From Lepidodermella squamata (taxonomy: Eukaryota; Animalia; Gastrotricha), in assembly GCA_047495785.1 (NCBI GenBank), contig JBLDXI010000074.1:1054001-1118000 (forward strand): 64,000 nt of DNA, written 5' to 3'. The notes under the pieces were generated by a model. The model had not been told where the DNA came from and searched no databases. It saw only the letters and a program-made list of their open reading frames with translations. A program made the position numbers and the translations under genes. This document shows positions 25,773 through 48,804 of this stretch, piece after piece. Every line of letters begins with the position of its first letter. Position 1 is the stretch's first letter.

Positions 25773-27425
25773 TTAGGATCGAGTCATTTCGCTAATCGCA
25801 AGAATCGCTAGAGAAGCGACGCAAAACAGTTCAAACGGGTAGTACTGGTTGATGTCGATACCCGGCGACTCCTTTTTCTCCGTTCCATCCGCCGAAATGT
25901 CCTCCAAATCAAGCAAACACTTACGAATCGCCGCCTTCCAGTGACGCTGGCGTTTCAACTGGAACGCCTGCGTCGATTTCGGCTTGAAAACGTCGCAAGT
26001 ATCCGACGGGATATCGACAACAGTCCCGTTTTGGAACTTGAACACGCCAACCCCAGCGGCGAGTCCGGCGGCTAGAGCGGCGCCTAACGCCGAGACTTCA
26101 AGCATAGACGGCCTGATAACCGTCATTCCGGTTATATCGCACTGCATCTGCATCAACAAATTACTCGTCGACATGCCGCCGTCGACGTACATCGGGTCGA
26201 CTGAAAAATTGCCAGCTCGAGAGATGATTTCAGTGATTTCAGCCACGTGTAGGCAGACGGCTTCTAACGCCGCCCGCGCCAGGTGTTTATTCGTTATCGA
26301 GTAGGATAGGCCTGAAATGATGCCCTGGGCACGCGGCTCCCAGTACGGGCAGTAGAGCCCGGAAAACGCGGGTACGAACGCGCAGTCCGATTCCGTGACT
26401 TCACTGGCTAATTTTTCAATTTCAGCCGCACTTCCGGCGATTTGCAAATTGTCCTTCAGCCAATTTATACCAGCCCCTGCCACGGCAACTGCGCCTTCAA
26501 ACGCGTAACTAGCCCGCGATTCTGGGCCTAGTTGGTACGCAACAGTAGTTATGAGACCTTCGTCCGAAAAAATCGGCTTAGTGCCGATGTTACACAGCAG
26601 AAAACACCCAGTGCCGTACGTTGTTTTGCATTGCCCGGGCTGGAAGGCTAAATGCCCGACTAAGGCCGCCTGCTGGTCGCCGAGAATGCCAGAAATCGGC
26701 ACATCCTTCAACGCACCCTCCTTAACCCGGCCGTAAATTTCGGAAGAACTTTTGATTTTCGGCAAGATTTCGATCGGAACCTTGAAAATTTGAAGAAGAC
26801 GGTCGTCGTAGGTTAAGGTGGAAATATTCATCAATAAGGTACGAGATGCGTTCGAAACGTCTGTAACATGCTCCCCAGTCAGCCCCCAGACAATCCACGA
26901 ATCAACTGTGCCGATTAAACACGATCGGTTATCAACCGCCGTCTGAAATGGCTCGTAATTTTGGTAGAGCCACAGAAATTTCGGCCCAGTGAAGTAGGTA
27001 CTCATGGATAGACCGGTTTTGAAGCGGATAAAATCCTCGCCCGGCAGAGTTTCTTTCACATCTGAAACCAACTGGCTAGTTCGGTTGTCTGACCAAACGA
27101 TGGCGTTGTGAATCGGTTTTCCAGTCTCCTTACACCAAGCGACCAAAGTCTCGCGTTGATTAGTCACTCCAACGCCCTTAATTTGATGCACAGAATAGCC
27201 GAGTTTCACCAGTTTTTCGCAGGCAATTTCGATACAGGATTTAGATTTTGTGAGCATTTCTTCCGGGTTCTGCTCGACCCATCCGTGTTGAGGGAAGGAG
27301 AGCGGCACTTCGAGTTGGTGAAAGGTAATCACTTCCAGGGTGTCACAAGCGAAAATGTAGAATCGAACACTGCTAGTGCCCACGTCCAACGATCCAATTA
27401 AATTCCGCCTCGAATTTGGTGTCAT
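25773..27425 (-). CDS. GK: Glycerol kinase, intronless
   Basis: DVGTSSVRF, GVTNQRET, TDVSNASRT, GDQQAALVG, TYGTGCF, VPAFSGLYCPYW, VDGGM; hydrophobic C-terminal tail. Confidence 0.95.
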   Translation of the reverse strand: MTPNSRRNLIGSLDVGTSSVRFYIFACDTLEVITFHQLEVPLSFPQHGWVEQNPEEMLTKSKSCIEIACEKLVKLGYSVHQIKGVGVTNQRETLVAWCKETGKPIHNAIVWSDNRTSQLVSDVKETLPGEDFIRFKTGLSMSTYFTGPKFLWLYQNYEPFQTAVDNRSCLIGTVDSWIVWGLTGEHVTDVSNASRTLLMNISTLTYDDRLLQIFKVPIEILPKIKSSSEIYGRVKEGALKDVPISGILGDQQAALVGHLAFQPGQCKTTYGTGCFLLCNIGTKPIFSDEGLITTVAYQLGPESRASYAFEGAVAVAGAGINWLKDNLQIAGSAAEIEKLASEVTESDCAFVPAFSGLYCPYWEPRAQGIISGLSYSITNKHLARAALEAVCLHVAEITEIISRAGNFSVDPMYVDGGMSTSNLLMQMQCDITGMTVIRPSMLEVSALGAALAAGLAAGVGVFKFQNGTVVDIPSDTCDVFKPKSTQAFQLKRQRHWKAAIRKCLLDLEDISADGTEKKESPGIDINQYYPFELFCVASLAILAISEMTRS

Positions 27426-27567
27426 CTTTAGCAAAATTTCGTTAATAAATATCTCTATAAAAATAAAAATTGTAATTTTTATAAATTTGCCGCATAAAAA
27501 CTCAAGCGAGTTTTATTGATGAGAAAAATTACCATACTTTCAAACCAGTAAAAAACCTAGACGAGAT

Positions 27568-29183
27568 TCAAGAACGTTTTTTCTGAATAATGAGAATAGG
27601 TCGACCGAGCTCGGCCTCAACCTTCAACGGCAATAAACCACGTCGGCGAGCTTCAGCTTCGATGAAAGAAATTTCTTCCTCGGAAAATTCAGGCAACTCG
27701 TATGTCAACGACTCGGTATTCTCTTTCTTCGCCACGAATTCGTCAAAATCTGCATTGATGATAGACTTGAATTCAGGGGAAACATTTTCGCTTTCCTTCT
27801 CAACAACAGGAGGCGACTTCGGGGAGAAGAGCGCTTTCGCCATTACCCGGTCTAATTCTCGAGATTTAACTCTGCTTTGATTGCGCTCCTCAATCAATCG
27901 ACGATTTTCCTCATCTAACTTGCGCTCTTCATCGCCAGATGGGCAATATTGCCGACATCTTTCCAAAATTTTCTCAGCGCTATCGTACTGACCGAGGTTA
28001 ATCAATGCCGTCAACTTCTTACGAAGAGCGCCGAAGTCATTTCTGTCCAATTCAAGAGCTTCGTCCGCAAAATGAATACAATCGGTATTACGCTTCATTT
28101 TCAAACAAGTTTGAGCGAGATTTCGGAGTAACTTCAATGACAACGCGAGGAGGTTTTCTTCGTCAGTCGTATTCTTCGGAATCGAGCTTCGCAGCAAACG
28201 CATAGCGCGGAGGTAAGAACGCTTAGCGCTAATTAATTCGCCTTTGTGATATTGCCTCGAGCCCTTTTCTTTCTCCTCAGTTGCAGCAGCGAGAAGTTTA
28301 TCAAACGGCACGTCATGACGTTCTTCAGGGGATGCTAGCATTAACAAATCATCGCAAGCTGATGCCGGGGTTAGATCGAACACTTGAACCTAATAGCAAC
28401 GAATTATTCTCATTAATCAGTACAAAGAACGCATGGAATAGACAAAATTACTTTCCAAAGGAGCCAAGCACCTCTGGGGACTTCCAGGCCAACTTTTTTC
28501 AGACCTAGAGAGCCAAAGCCGTATTCTGGACTAGTAAGGAAGAGCGACGTTTCCCCGACTTTCATAGAGCGTAGGCCGAATTCGACACCGAGGCATGGAA
28601 GAGTATTACCGACACCTAAGCCCATTCGATAACGGATGGGAAATTTGTTGAGGTAACTAGTCGCAAAAGGTTGTTCTTGTCCCTCAGCATACGCCGAGTA
28701 GTGATAAGAAACAATATCTTTGTCAGAAACGGAAGGGCCATTTCCTGCTGATAGCACCATTTTTAACACACCGCCATCCTAAAAGTGGTCACGCATAAGT
28801 AGATCTGAGAGATGCACAATGATTAAAGAACCAAGCTTACATCGGTGATGGGAATTCCGACATCAGAATTAAACACGCCGCTGAAAGCAACTGATTCAGG
28901 TCTAGGTTGCGCCATGTTAATTGCATCGTTAAATGTGTTTGTATAGGAGGAACGCACAGCTGACAATGATTGAAGCGAGATAACCGATTCGCGATCAGCA
29001 ATGTAAGTTTCACTGTCGTCCTCGTCTTCGTCATCATCCCATGCGCATGTTTCATCAGAAATAACACCCTCCTCAATAAGTTGCCGGCCTGAAACGGCTC
29101 GCATGATCTATTAAACCTAAATAAGAAGATGTTCATATAAATAATTAGCTGAATAACATATAGACCGAAAGGCTGGTCGGCAT
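27568..29183 (-). CDS. FKBP6: FKBP6/Shutdown-like FKBP-TPR co-chaperone; exons 29183-29166, 29107-28841, 28778-28452, 28389-27568
   Basis: DDGGVLK, HYSAYAE..PF, GLRSMKVGETSLF..PEYGFGSLG (degenerate PPIase) followed by TPR repeats; 58-62 nt introns. Confidence 0.85.
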
Positions 29184-29201
29184 GAAATCAGCAATCAGCC
29201 T

Positions 29202-29874
29202 GAACATAACAGAAAGATCACGGATGTCGACGGTAGTTGGTAGTTGGTAGTTGGCAGTTCAGCCAGAACAAGATGCCCAATGTAACGCGTTACAGTAAAC
29301 GACTGCACACGCTGGATGGCCATGCTTATTGGTGGCCAAGGTTCAACATTTTTACGGTTTTCTCCCATTTTTCGCAACTAAAAAATGGCATAACAAAAAT
29401 CTCAGCCCGCCAATACCAATCATTTTGTATTGAACCGGAATATAAAAAATGTAACTTTTGAATTTAGTTGTAAATTCGAAACCTATTTATTGGAACACAG
29501 CAACAGAAAATTCAAAAATTTTTGTTATGGGGGGTTATGTAGTAGGGGAACGGCGGATGGCGGTTTTTACGAAGGCGCGGCCGATGCAACCCACCTTGTT
29601 ACCTCCCAACTCCCACCCACTCCCACGAATCTCGACTCCCCGCTCCCCGCCCCACCCTTTTTCTAAGAAAGAAACCCAGAAACCCAGAACCCAGATTTTT
29701 TCACCTGCCGTGTAGAATGCAACGCTGCAAACTATTTTGCACCATGAAGTCGTCACGCCCGCTACTTGTTTGCTGTTAGGTTTGCTGTTAATGTTAACTT
29801 CTGGCTTTTTCCTGTTCTCTTGACCTTTATTCTCGCAACTTCATTTAGTATGAATGGCTTCATTTGAAATATCT
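29202..29874. promoter_or_regulatory. Candidate bidirectional promoter between FKBP6 and UBA2
   Basis: Head-to-head genes; GC box GGGGCGGGG, two G4 motifs (29605-29657, minus strand), GGTAGTT and AACCCAG tandem repeats. Confidence 0.6.
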
Positions 29875-29893
29875 AGGCATTAGTAGATCAGTT

Positions 29894-31847
29894 ATGACGA
29901 TGTCTCAAGATAATGGCACTACTGGATCAGCTGACAACGCTGGACCGAGCAAGGCTGTCTTGCTCATTGGTGCTGGTGGCATCGGTTGTGAAGTTCTGAA
30001 AAATTTAGTTCTGTGTGGAGTTCAATCTATTACGGTCATCGACCTGGATACTATTGAAGTCAGTAATCTCAACAGGCAGTTTTTATTCAGGCGTGAGCAT
30101 GTCGGGATGTCTAAGGCCATCGGTAAATATGCCACCCTGCTTACTTCACAGTTAACATTTTTTCCTTACAGTTGCTGCTGAAGCTATGCGCAAGATTCGT
30201 CCTACTGTTGATATTCGACCAATTCACGGAAATGTGCTGGATAGTAACATATTATCGCTCAATTTGGTTCGCCAATTCTCATGCGTTATCAATGCCCTCG
30301 ACAACATATTAGCTCGCTCGCACGTTAATCGACTTTGCATGGCTGCTAGCATTCCTCTTATCGAAACCGGTTCAGCTGGTTATCTAGGTCAAGCGTCTTT
30401 CATCAACAAAGGTCTAACCGAGTGCTACGATTGCACCCCGCGCAAGGACGACCGTAATCGCACCTACCCGGCTTGCACGATTCGTAATACGCCATCCGAA
30501 CCCGCGCATTGTGTTATATGGGCCAAGTACTTGTTCAGTCAATTATTCGGCGACCCTGATCCGGACGCTGAAGTATCGCCCGACCCGAATGATCCTGAGC
30601 TGGGAAAGAAATCGACCGAAGAAGCCCCTAAATTCAACACCCGCCAGTGGGCTGAGCAGATTTCATACGACCCAAGCGCGTTGCTCAACAAATTATTCCG
30701 CGAAGATATCTCTTATCTGTTGAAACTTGACTCACTCTGGAAGAAGCGCTCACCGCCAGCTCCCCTGGATTTCAAGCCTAGCAATGTCGATAATGAGAAA
30801 CACGCAATCGGAATGACTGACGTTCATCAACGCGATCACGAAATTTGGAGTCAAGAACGTTGCATTGCCACGTTCTCAAAAGCTACCGCCCTTCTGCGAG
30901 AACGAATGGAGAAAGATGGCTCCTTGACTTTCGACAAAGATGACGATTTAGCCATCGATTTTGTGACTAGTGCCGCTAATTTACGCTCGACAGTTTTTCA
31001 CATCCCTGGGCTCAAACGATTCACCGCGAAAAGTATTGCTGGTAACATCATCGCAGCTATTGCCACAACAAATTCAGTCATCGCCGGAGGCGCGGTTGTT
31101 ATGGCTGTTTTGAATGTTTTGTCGAAAACTTCTACCCTAGCCAACAATTCACTGTTCAATAACGTTCAACAGTTACTTCTGCGTCGAAACCCGGTGCCGA
31201 CAGGTCGCGCAAAAAATCGAACCAACTCGATTTTCGTCGCCGGCCAAATTCAGCCTCCGAATCCTGCCTGTTACGTTTGCTCACCCAGCTCGAAAAATGC
31301 CGTTCTACTCGAAATCGCGTTTGATTTCAACGAAAAAACTGCGTCGTTGAAGGCAATTCGAGAGCGATTGTTGATGTCAAAATTACACTTCGCCGCGCCC
31401 GAATTAGTTACGACCGACGGCCGAATGTTGTTTTCGGGCGACGAGGAAGATAACGACGAGGCTTCGATGAATCGTACCCTGTCTGATATCGGAATTTCGT
31501 TGACCGGCGGGTGTATTACGTTGGCCGAGGATATGAGTCAAAATATCTCGGTCTCAATCTCGTTTTCTCACGTCGCAGGCGTCACTTTTGACGATGCCCT
31601 CGAAAACTTCACGCCAGCTCCTCAGGTCAAGAAAACCGAACCCACCGCACCGCAAAGCCGAAAACGCCCTCTCAGCTCGATGGAAAAATCCGCCGCCGAT
31701 GAAGAAATCGAAGCTCTGCCAGCTAAACGGCCGGCTTCTTCGAATGAAAACGGAAATGGCCATGCTACGAACGGAAACGGGTTCAAAAACGGCGGGCACA
31801 AGGCTGTTGAAATTGAGGACGATGACGAGTGTGTCATGGTCCTGTAA
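29894..31847 (+). CDS. UBA2: SUMO-activating enzyme subunit 2; exons 29894-30122, 30172-31847
   Basis: [24 protein letters not shown], catalytic [41 protein letters not shown]; 49-nt intron. Confidence 0.95.
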
Positions 31848-32307
31848 TTTCTCGCGCAGTAATTAGTTGCTGCTGAAAATTGAACTTATAGGAACACAAC
31901 ATTCATCTCGAGTGATATTGTCGTTTTTCTCTCTTTGTGTTATATGAATATTTCGATTCCGGTTTGAAAAAATACAGTCGCTAGATTTTATCCATCTGTT
32001 TCAATAATATTTTCGTATTGAAAATCAGGTTTTCACATTTAGGAATGCATTTATATTATTGGGGACGTTTTTTGTTAGAACAAACGGAATTTAGGGCATC
32101 GTACGTCCTTCTCAATTTCTCAAGTGGAAATGTTTGCAGAATTTACGGTGGAGTTTCAAATAATGAAATTTGAAATGAGCTTCCCATTGTAATTTTTAGG
32201 AATACATTACAAATTCTCTGTAAATTAGTGTTAATTTTCGATATTGAGTCCTGATTCGCTGGAATTAATTTTCTGTATATTTTTAGGAATTTATCCAATT
32301 TTTTGTA

Positions 32308-34582
32308 ATGAACGTGTTCGGCACTCAGGACGCAATCGATTCGTTTTTGTACGCCGCAGCTCTCGGCGATACAACCGTAATTTCGGAACTAATTCGCAAC
32401 GGAATTTTCCTAGACGCCGAGGACAGCGCTGGAAACACCGCCCTGCAACTGGCCGCAGCAGCCGGGCACGAAGAAGTCGTGGGCCTGCTGTTACGGAGCG
32501 GCTCAAATGTGCAAAAGTCGAATAATTACGGATGGACGGCGTTGCATCAAGCCGCAAGTTCCGGCCATCTGAAAATTGTTCAAATTCTAGTAAAACACGG
32601 CTGTCCACCCGATTCAAAAACGAAATACGGCCAGTCAGTCCTATCGCTAGCCGCAGCGTCTGGTCACGTGAAAATCGTTCATTATTTAATGTCCTCGGAT
32701 GTAAAATGGAGTGAAATTGAACCGCAGAATTCACTTGGATTTTGTTCGTTGAGTTCAATTTTAATGGCAGCTGCTTTCGGTCGACTCGATATTTTAACAT
32801 CCCTGATTAATTGCGAGTCAATTAACGAGAAATGTGGGCTAATCGGCACGACTGCCTTAATGTTGGCCGGTGCGAGTCGAAGTGTAGAGAGTTATCAGTT
32901 TTTAGCCGAAAATGGGGCTGATTTGCGGGCGATTGACTGCGCGGGTCGATCTGCTCTAGCCTATGCGGCTATGATGGGCTGCCGAATCGGGGACGAGACA
33001 ACTTCGTCGACTAGTGGTGATCCGAGTGCGTTTTATTACGAGGAGGATAATTTGAATGCGATGGATGTTTTCGATACGTTGCGATCGGATGATGTCGATT
33101 TGCTCGGGCGTGTTTTAGCCGCGAGCCCGAATCTCAAAAATAAGGAGACTATAGATGTGAGTTTTATCTTTTTAGCGAATATTTGATTGTTGAATTCTCG
33201 TTGAAAGGATAAGAAATATAAGACTGATAGCTACTGAGTAGGAATAGAAGAATCTTCGATTAAAAATTGCCGACCCTGTGTTTTTAAAAAATCCGTAATT
33301 TATCGTGAATTTTCATTTCATACTCGGCAAATATTGAGATCATCTCACAAAATTTGATTTTTTCCAGCTTTCATCGAAATTTTCGAGTCGACATTAAGAT
33401 TTCCATTTACTGGTTCACGTATTAATGATTTCGGTATGTTTCAGGGTAATCGAACGTTGCTGATTGAAGCCGCGAGTTCGAAAAATTTGCGAGCCATCAA
33501 ATTGCTGATTTCACTCGGTTGTTCTGTGAATGGCGTCGCCTCGAATTCAGGAAGAACGGCCCTATCTCATGCTGTCGAAAACTGGTATGCATCTTTACAT
33601 TTTGAACGTAATTCTAAAATGATAAGAAGTTTTAATTATTTCATTTTAAGTTTGAAATTTAAAATACGCTAAAAAAATTCAAAACCTCACGAGTCTAAAT
33701 TATTATTCAGTTCATTTGCATATTTTTAGCTTCGAAGATGGAATTCTCATGCTTTTGGATGCTGGAGCTGATCCGACCGTCAAAGATATGACCGGCAAAT
33801 CCGCCCTCGATTTCATGTCTCAATTCATGTGCGAGCTCAGCCAGCATGTTTTACGCCGACTTTGCCACGCCGGCTTATCCAAAATGGCCCCGGATCTACT
33901 GAATTCAGTCGACTCGTCGCTAATCGAACCGAACGACTTGAAAACGATGAAAACAGGATTTTTCGATAAATTGAAAACGAAATTTGCCAGCGATAAGAAA
34001 TCGAAAAGCCGACATGATTTATCGGCGATTTCAAGCCCGGGCGATATTTTCGCATTTCCTTGTACTGGCCCACTTGCTTTTTCGTCGAATTCGACCTCAA
34101 ATGGGTTACTAGAGCTGGATCCGGTCCGAGTTGAACCCATAGAGCCGCCCTTCGACCGGCGGAAGATGATCTGGACCGACGGGGCGCCGGATGATAGCTC
34201 AGCTAGTGGCCCGCCGATGTCTGGTTCGTACCGAGAAGTCGAAACCATACCGCCTGGAACGTCTCTTTTCACCCAGAGACCGAAAAAACATGGGAAAACA
34301 GCTAATTCTAAGGTTTCGCATAAGCAGCTATCAGTTCCTCTACCGTCGACTAGTAACGTCAGTGGCGACGAGAGTACGGGTGATGAATCCTCTGAGTTGA
34401 AGAGCTATCTCAAAAATCAACAGTTGGAGAAATACGAGTCGTTGTTGAAAAACAATGAAATCACCGATTTGACGACTTTCCAACTGTTGACCGAGCGCGA
34501 TTTGAAGGATCTCAAAGTTGGAACACTGGATCGATTTTCACTGATTAAGGCGATTATGAAAGCGAAAGAACTCGAAAATTAG
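32308..34582 (+). CDS. Ankyrin repeat and SAM domain protein (ANKS3/ANKS6-like); exons 32308-33156, 33445-33584, 33730-34582
   Basis: Multiple G-x-TAL ankyrin repeats; C-terminal SAM (LEKYESLLKNNEI..LLTERDLKDL). Confidence 0.85.
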
Positions 34583-34829
34583 TGACTGAAGACTCCTGTG
34601 ATACTTATTTTTGTTGCTTTTTGTGATAGTACTCGCAATTTCTACCTCGGCAATCTCTGAAATTGTGCGATATTTTTGTTTACCATTCAATTCACCTCTA
34701 ATTAATGGAAAAGGAGTGATTTTAAGAAAATAATTTTATTTTTGAAAATTTGACTAACAATTACGTATTTGGATTTTATTTAGATTTTGTTGTTAAATTT
34801 GGTTAATTTTCCCGTGCTATTCCTGCAAA

Positions 34830-35024
34830 ATGCTGCTGATGTACTATTTGAACGAATCTGGTGACCGCGTGTACACCCTGAAGAAAACGGCCCCGGATGG
34901 CAAGCCGACGAACTCGGCGCACCCGGCGCGCTTCTCGCCCGACGACAAGTACTCGCGCCAGCGCGTGACGCTGAAGAAGCGCCACGGCATCCTACCCACG
35001 CAGCTTCCGAAGCCAGTTTGTTGA
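34830..35024 (+). CDS. NOP10: H/ACA snoRNP subunit NOP10
   Basis: [42 protein letters not shown]. Confidence 0.97.
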   Translation: MLLMYYLNESGDRVYTLKKTAPDGKPTNSAHPARFSPDDKYSRQRVTLKKRHGILPTQLPKPVC

Positions 35025-35680
35025 CGCAGCAAACCGAGGAGAGAGAAAAATTTGGAGTTTTATATGCCAGTGAAAACTTGTGCTCAATACTGTCTGGCCG
35101 ATTCTGTTGAATAAAACCTGGTTTTACTTTGTATTCCATCGATTTACGTTGTCGCAATGTAGAAAATAATGATTTTTTCACTCGCGGAATAGGACAAGAT
35201 TAGCCATAGTCACTTGGCAATTACAGAACGAATATATTAGATATTTGGCAGAACTTCTCATTTTAATAATGAGATTAGTTGAATTTCAGTCCTAATTTCC
35301 AAGAGTAATGTACGAAAAAACACTGAAACGCGATTTGTTTTTTATAAAGTTAGCACTGAAACTGATCTCATTAGTAAAATTTTGAATTGTTTTCTTTCTT
35401 TTTCCACCAACCTGAAAATTATTAGCTTCCGGTCTATTTTCTTTCAATTAGCCATAATTTGAATTAAATTCTCGACAATTTTCAAATTCCCTGGAAAATT
35501 GGAATATTCATTCGCGCTCTATTTGCTAAATTAGGTCAGTCAATTTTACTTCATAGGTATGCATCGTAAAATGCAATGGGATACATTTTCAAGCGAATTG
35601 GTAGATATTCAATATTCACACCCTTTGTGTCAAGTAATCAACTCGATTCCCTGTATTATAAATTCTTCTTCAATTTAGGA

Positions 35681-38137
35681 ATGGTTGTTAAAAATTTGGT
35701 GAAAAATCTCGGCACACTCGCTCGAGTTGGCCACCTTCATTTCCCAGCCAAACGCGCTCGAATTGTTGAAGTCGGCCCGCGAGATGGCCTTCAAAACGAG
35801 AAAACGCCCGTGCCAACCGAGGTGAAAGTGGAACTGATCCGGCGCCTGGTCAATGCCGGTTTAACCTCCATCGAAGCGACGAGTTTCGTCTCGCCGAAAT
35901 GGGTGCCGCAAATGGGTGATCACGCCGCGGTGTTGGCCGCTGTAAAATCCGACAAACGGGCCAACTATTGCGTGCTAACGCCGAATCGCAAGGGTGCCGA
36001 GTCGGCAATTGCAGCTGGCGCGAAAGAAATCGCCGTGTTCATCGCGGCTTCGGAGGCTTTCAGTCAGAAAAATATCAACTGCTCGATTGCGGACAGTCTA
36101 ACGCGCAGTAAAGAAGTTATCGAAACAGCCCAAGCGTAAGTAATTTCAGAAATTTTCATTTTTTAAATTGAAAATTGGATTGACCATTTGGAAATCTGAA
36201 AATTTTAATCTGAAAAATTACAGAAATGAAAATGTGAAAAAGTAATAATAAAGGTTTTATTGTTGCTCTTCGGAACTGAACGCCGTATCCCGTTTCCGGT
36301 TTTGAAGAGGGCGAAGGCTGGCGACGAATGATCCTCAACCACCCTCAATTACCCTATCAGTGTCTACAGTTAGCCAAATACGTTTCAATTTGTCTAAAAC
36401 AGGTCAAAACAATAAAATTCTCAAAATTTTCAGTAAATTAAGGCATAATCCTGCCCACTTTTGGGTAAAATTTCTGAAATTGTTGTAGCATTTGTTGTAC
36501 CAAAGTTACCACTCGTTACATATCTGAAATTAACAAGTTTTGACGATTCATGATCCATGTTCAGTAAAAGTGTAGATTTATTTTTCGTGGTTTTCAGACA
36601 AACTAACAGTCACGTTTTTGGATTTCGGATGAAATAAGACGTTTTGTCGGATGAAAAAGTTTTCCCCGAGTTTTAGCCGCGTTTAACAAGTCGTCGTGGT
36701 TAAATTTCGTCGTGGTTCATGCCTAAAAGTGCCCCATCGTCAGCAAAAGCTAGTTAATTTCGGAAATCAGTCTCGATCATGGCGGTCTCGCCAATAGGAA
36801 AGCCTAGTTTTTCGTCGGCTATTTTGTCCCAAATTTTATTGAAGGTCGCTATGAATAGCAAAGGGGACCGTGGGCAACCTTGCCTTAAGCCCCTCGTTAC
36901 GTAGAAGAAATGTGAGATTTCAGCATCTACTTTAACAGCAACTTTATTTACTTTCATAAACTTTGAATAGCTCTTCAATTAAATTGGGATCTACACCCAT
37001 GTTTTGGAGGGCGGCTCATACTTATCTCTGTCGACCAGATCATAGGCTTTTCGAGATCGATGAAGACTAAATGGAGTTCCTTCTTAAAGAATATAATTTT
37101 CTCAATAATGATTTTCTGATTTTCAACCTGGACTAGCATGATGGTCAGCTATTCTCGCTTTTCACACGAAAAATTGAGGAGCATAAGTCATGAAAACTCC
37201 GTAATGTAGCTCAGACCTCAATTCAGTCGAAAAAGTCGTTTTTCGAAAATTTTCCAAAATTTTTAAGCCGTTATGATGAGCCCATATTCAGAAAATTACG
37301 CAAATTTTATCTGAATTCTTTCGATTTATTGTTGCGCGGCGTTTGCACCGCTTTTTGGGTTTATCCTGCTTTGAAGCCTTCTACCCAATCAGTCGGATTT
37401 TCAAGTAATTTGTCCAATTTAGAAAATTCTGTTTGATGATCCTTAATAATTCTCAAACGTTCAAGGGCATGATTTTTCTCATTTGAAAAAATTGGATTTG
37501 AAACTTGGAAATGTTAATCTAAAATTTAAATAATTGAATTGAATTGAAAAAGCCGCATCAAGGTCACAGGTGAAATGAGAATGAAATTTTGATTTTTTTT
37601 TTTCACAGGCATGATGTAAAAGTTCGAGGCTATGTATCGTGCGTAGTCGCGTGCCCGTACGACGGGCCGACGAAGCCCGAAAAAGTGGCGCAAGTCGCGA
37701 ACTCGCTCCTCAACCTCGGCTGTTACGAAATCTCGCTGGGCGACACAATCGGCGTCGGCACGCCGGCCTCGATTTCCGCCATGCTCGACGCCGTGTGCCG
37801 CGTCATTGAACCGTCGAAACTCGGCATCCACTGCCACGACACGTACGGCCAGGCGCTGGCGAATATTCTCGCGTCGCTGACGTACGGCATTGCGTCGATC
37901 GACTCGAGCGTCGGCGGACTGGGCGGGTGCCCGTACGCGGCCGGGGCGAGCGGCAATGTGGCGACTGAGGACGTGGTGTACATGTTGAATGGGCTTGGGT
38001 TCAAGCTGAACGTCAACATGGACGCGCTGCTCGATGCGAGTGCCTACATTTGCGAGAAGTTGAACCGCAAGAACGCGTCTCGAGTCGCTAATGCGATGCT
38101 AGGCAAGAAGGCGAAGGCAGAGGCGAAAACTTCGTGA
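35681..38137 (+). CDS. HMGCL: Hydroxymethylglutaryl-CoA lyase; exons 35681-36135, 37609-38137
   Basis: [65 protein letters not shown]. Confidence 0.95.
36720..37100 (-). mobile_element. LINE reverse transcriptase remnant in HMGCL intron
   Basis: [13 protein letters not shown] and LAFADD motifs, with frameshifts. Confidence 0.8.
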
Positions 38138-39260
38138 AATACAGAAAAACAGAATTTTTGGACTTGACACTATTTTTTTGCTTTGAAAAAGCTTAGCTGA
38201 TACCTAACTTTTTTGTTCTGATATTTTTGTCGGTGAGAAAAAACCTGGATCTTCCTTTTTGAAACATTGAATAATTTAATTAATGACAAACTTGAAATTC
38301 TGCGAGTTTTTCTACCTTCGTTGAGTCGAGTGCAAAAGGAAAAATATTGAATGGTGACTTTATTTTAGCTTTCTAAATTGACATTCCAGAATTTTCATAG
38401 CAATTTTTTATTTGAAAATCTGATATTATTTGATTTTTTCTCGAATTTTTTACATCCATTCCTAACGGCTCGTCCAAAATTGAATGGGCATCTCAATCGA
38501 ACATCCCTATCTTGAAGATTCTCCCGCAAATTTATCTTTTACAGCATCATAATCAGAAGGCGTTTAAAAACCTGAAACTGAAACTGAATGTTCCATTAAA
38601 TATTTGCATTTTTGGACGGCTTCAACGGCTTCAGCGGATCCAAATTTCCAATATCCGAGGTCCAAACTGTCTGAAATAACTGAGGTTTCCTGATTATTCA
38701 TTAGAAATTAACTTCAGCATAATATACTCTAGGCCTCATCTAACCGTGATTCAATACAAAATTTTGGCATACATTTTCATACTGTTTGGCGTGCTGTGCT
38801 TCCATTTCAGTCTAATTTGGTTCGGCTCTAAGATTCTCGGTTTCAAAATTGTTCACAAATTCACTGGAAAATGAACATATTTGGCCATAGCCATGCTTCA
38901 GTTCGATTCTAAATTCAATAGTTGCCTCCTACCTCCTAGTCATTTTTGGATTTTTTCTGATAATTAAAATTCGCATCCAATTTTTTTTTGCTCCGCTAAA
39001 ATTCGGGTTGAATTTTAGGTTAATTTTTGATTCTGTTCAAGAGAAGTCACCTCATTTATTCGAAATTTAGATTGTGGTTTTCTAAATTTCGATTTTCTTT
39101 AGGCTTTCAGCATCTGAGGTTACCCACCGATACACATTTTAGTCATTTTTCAGTTTTAGCAGTGTCAATTTTGAAAATGTTGCGTTTCATCGCCATTTAG
39201 GTGTCCTTTTTTATAAATCGATGTTAGTGTGTTGCCGTCGGCCTTTTCGCTATTCCGTCG

Positions 39261-48804
<9,544 letters not shown>

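Noticed and set aside
35557-35678. HMGCL upstream AG as proof of trans-splicing on its own
   Set aside because: A plausible donor (AG|GTATGC at 35557) could make it a normal 5'UTR intron; counted only as part of the overall pattern.
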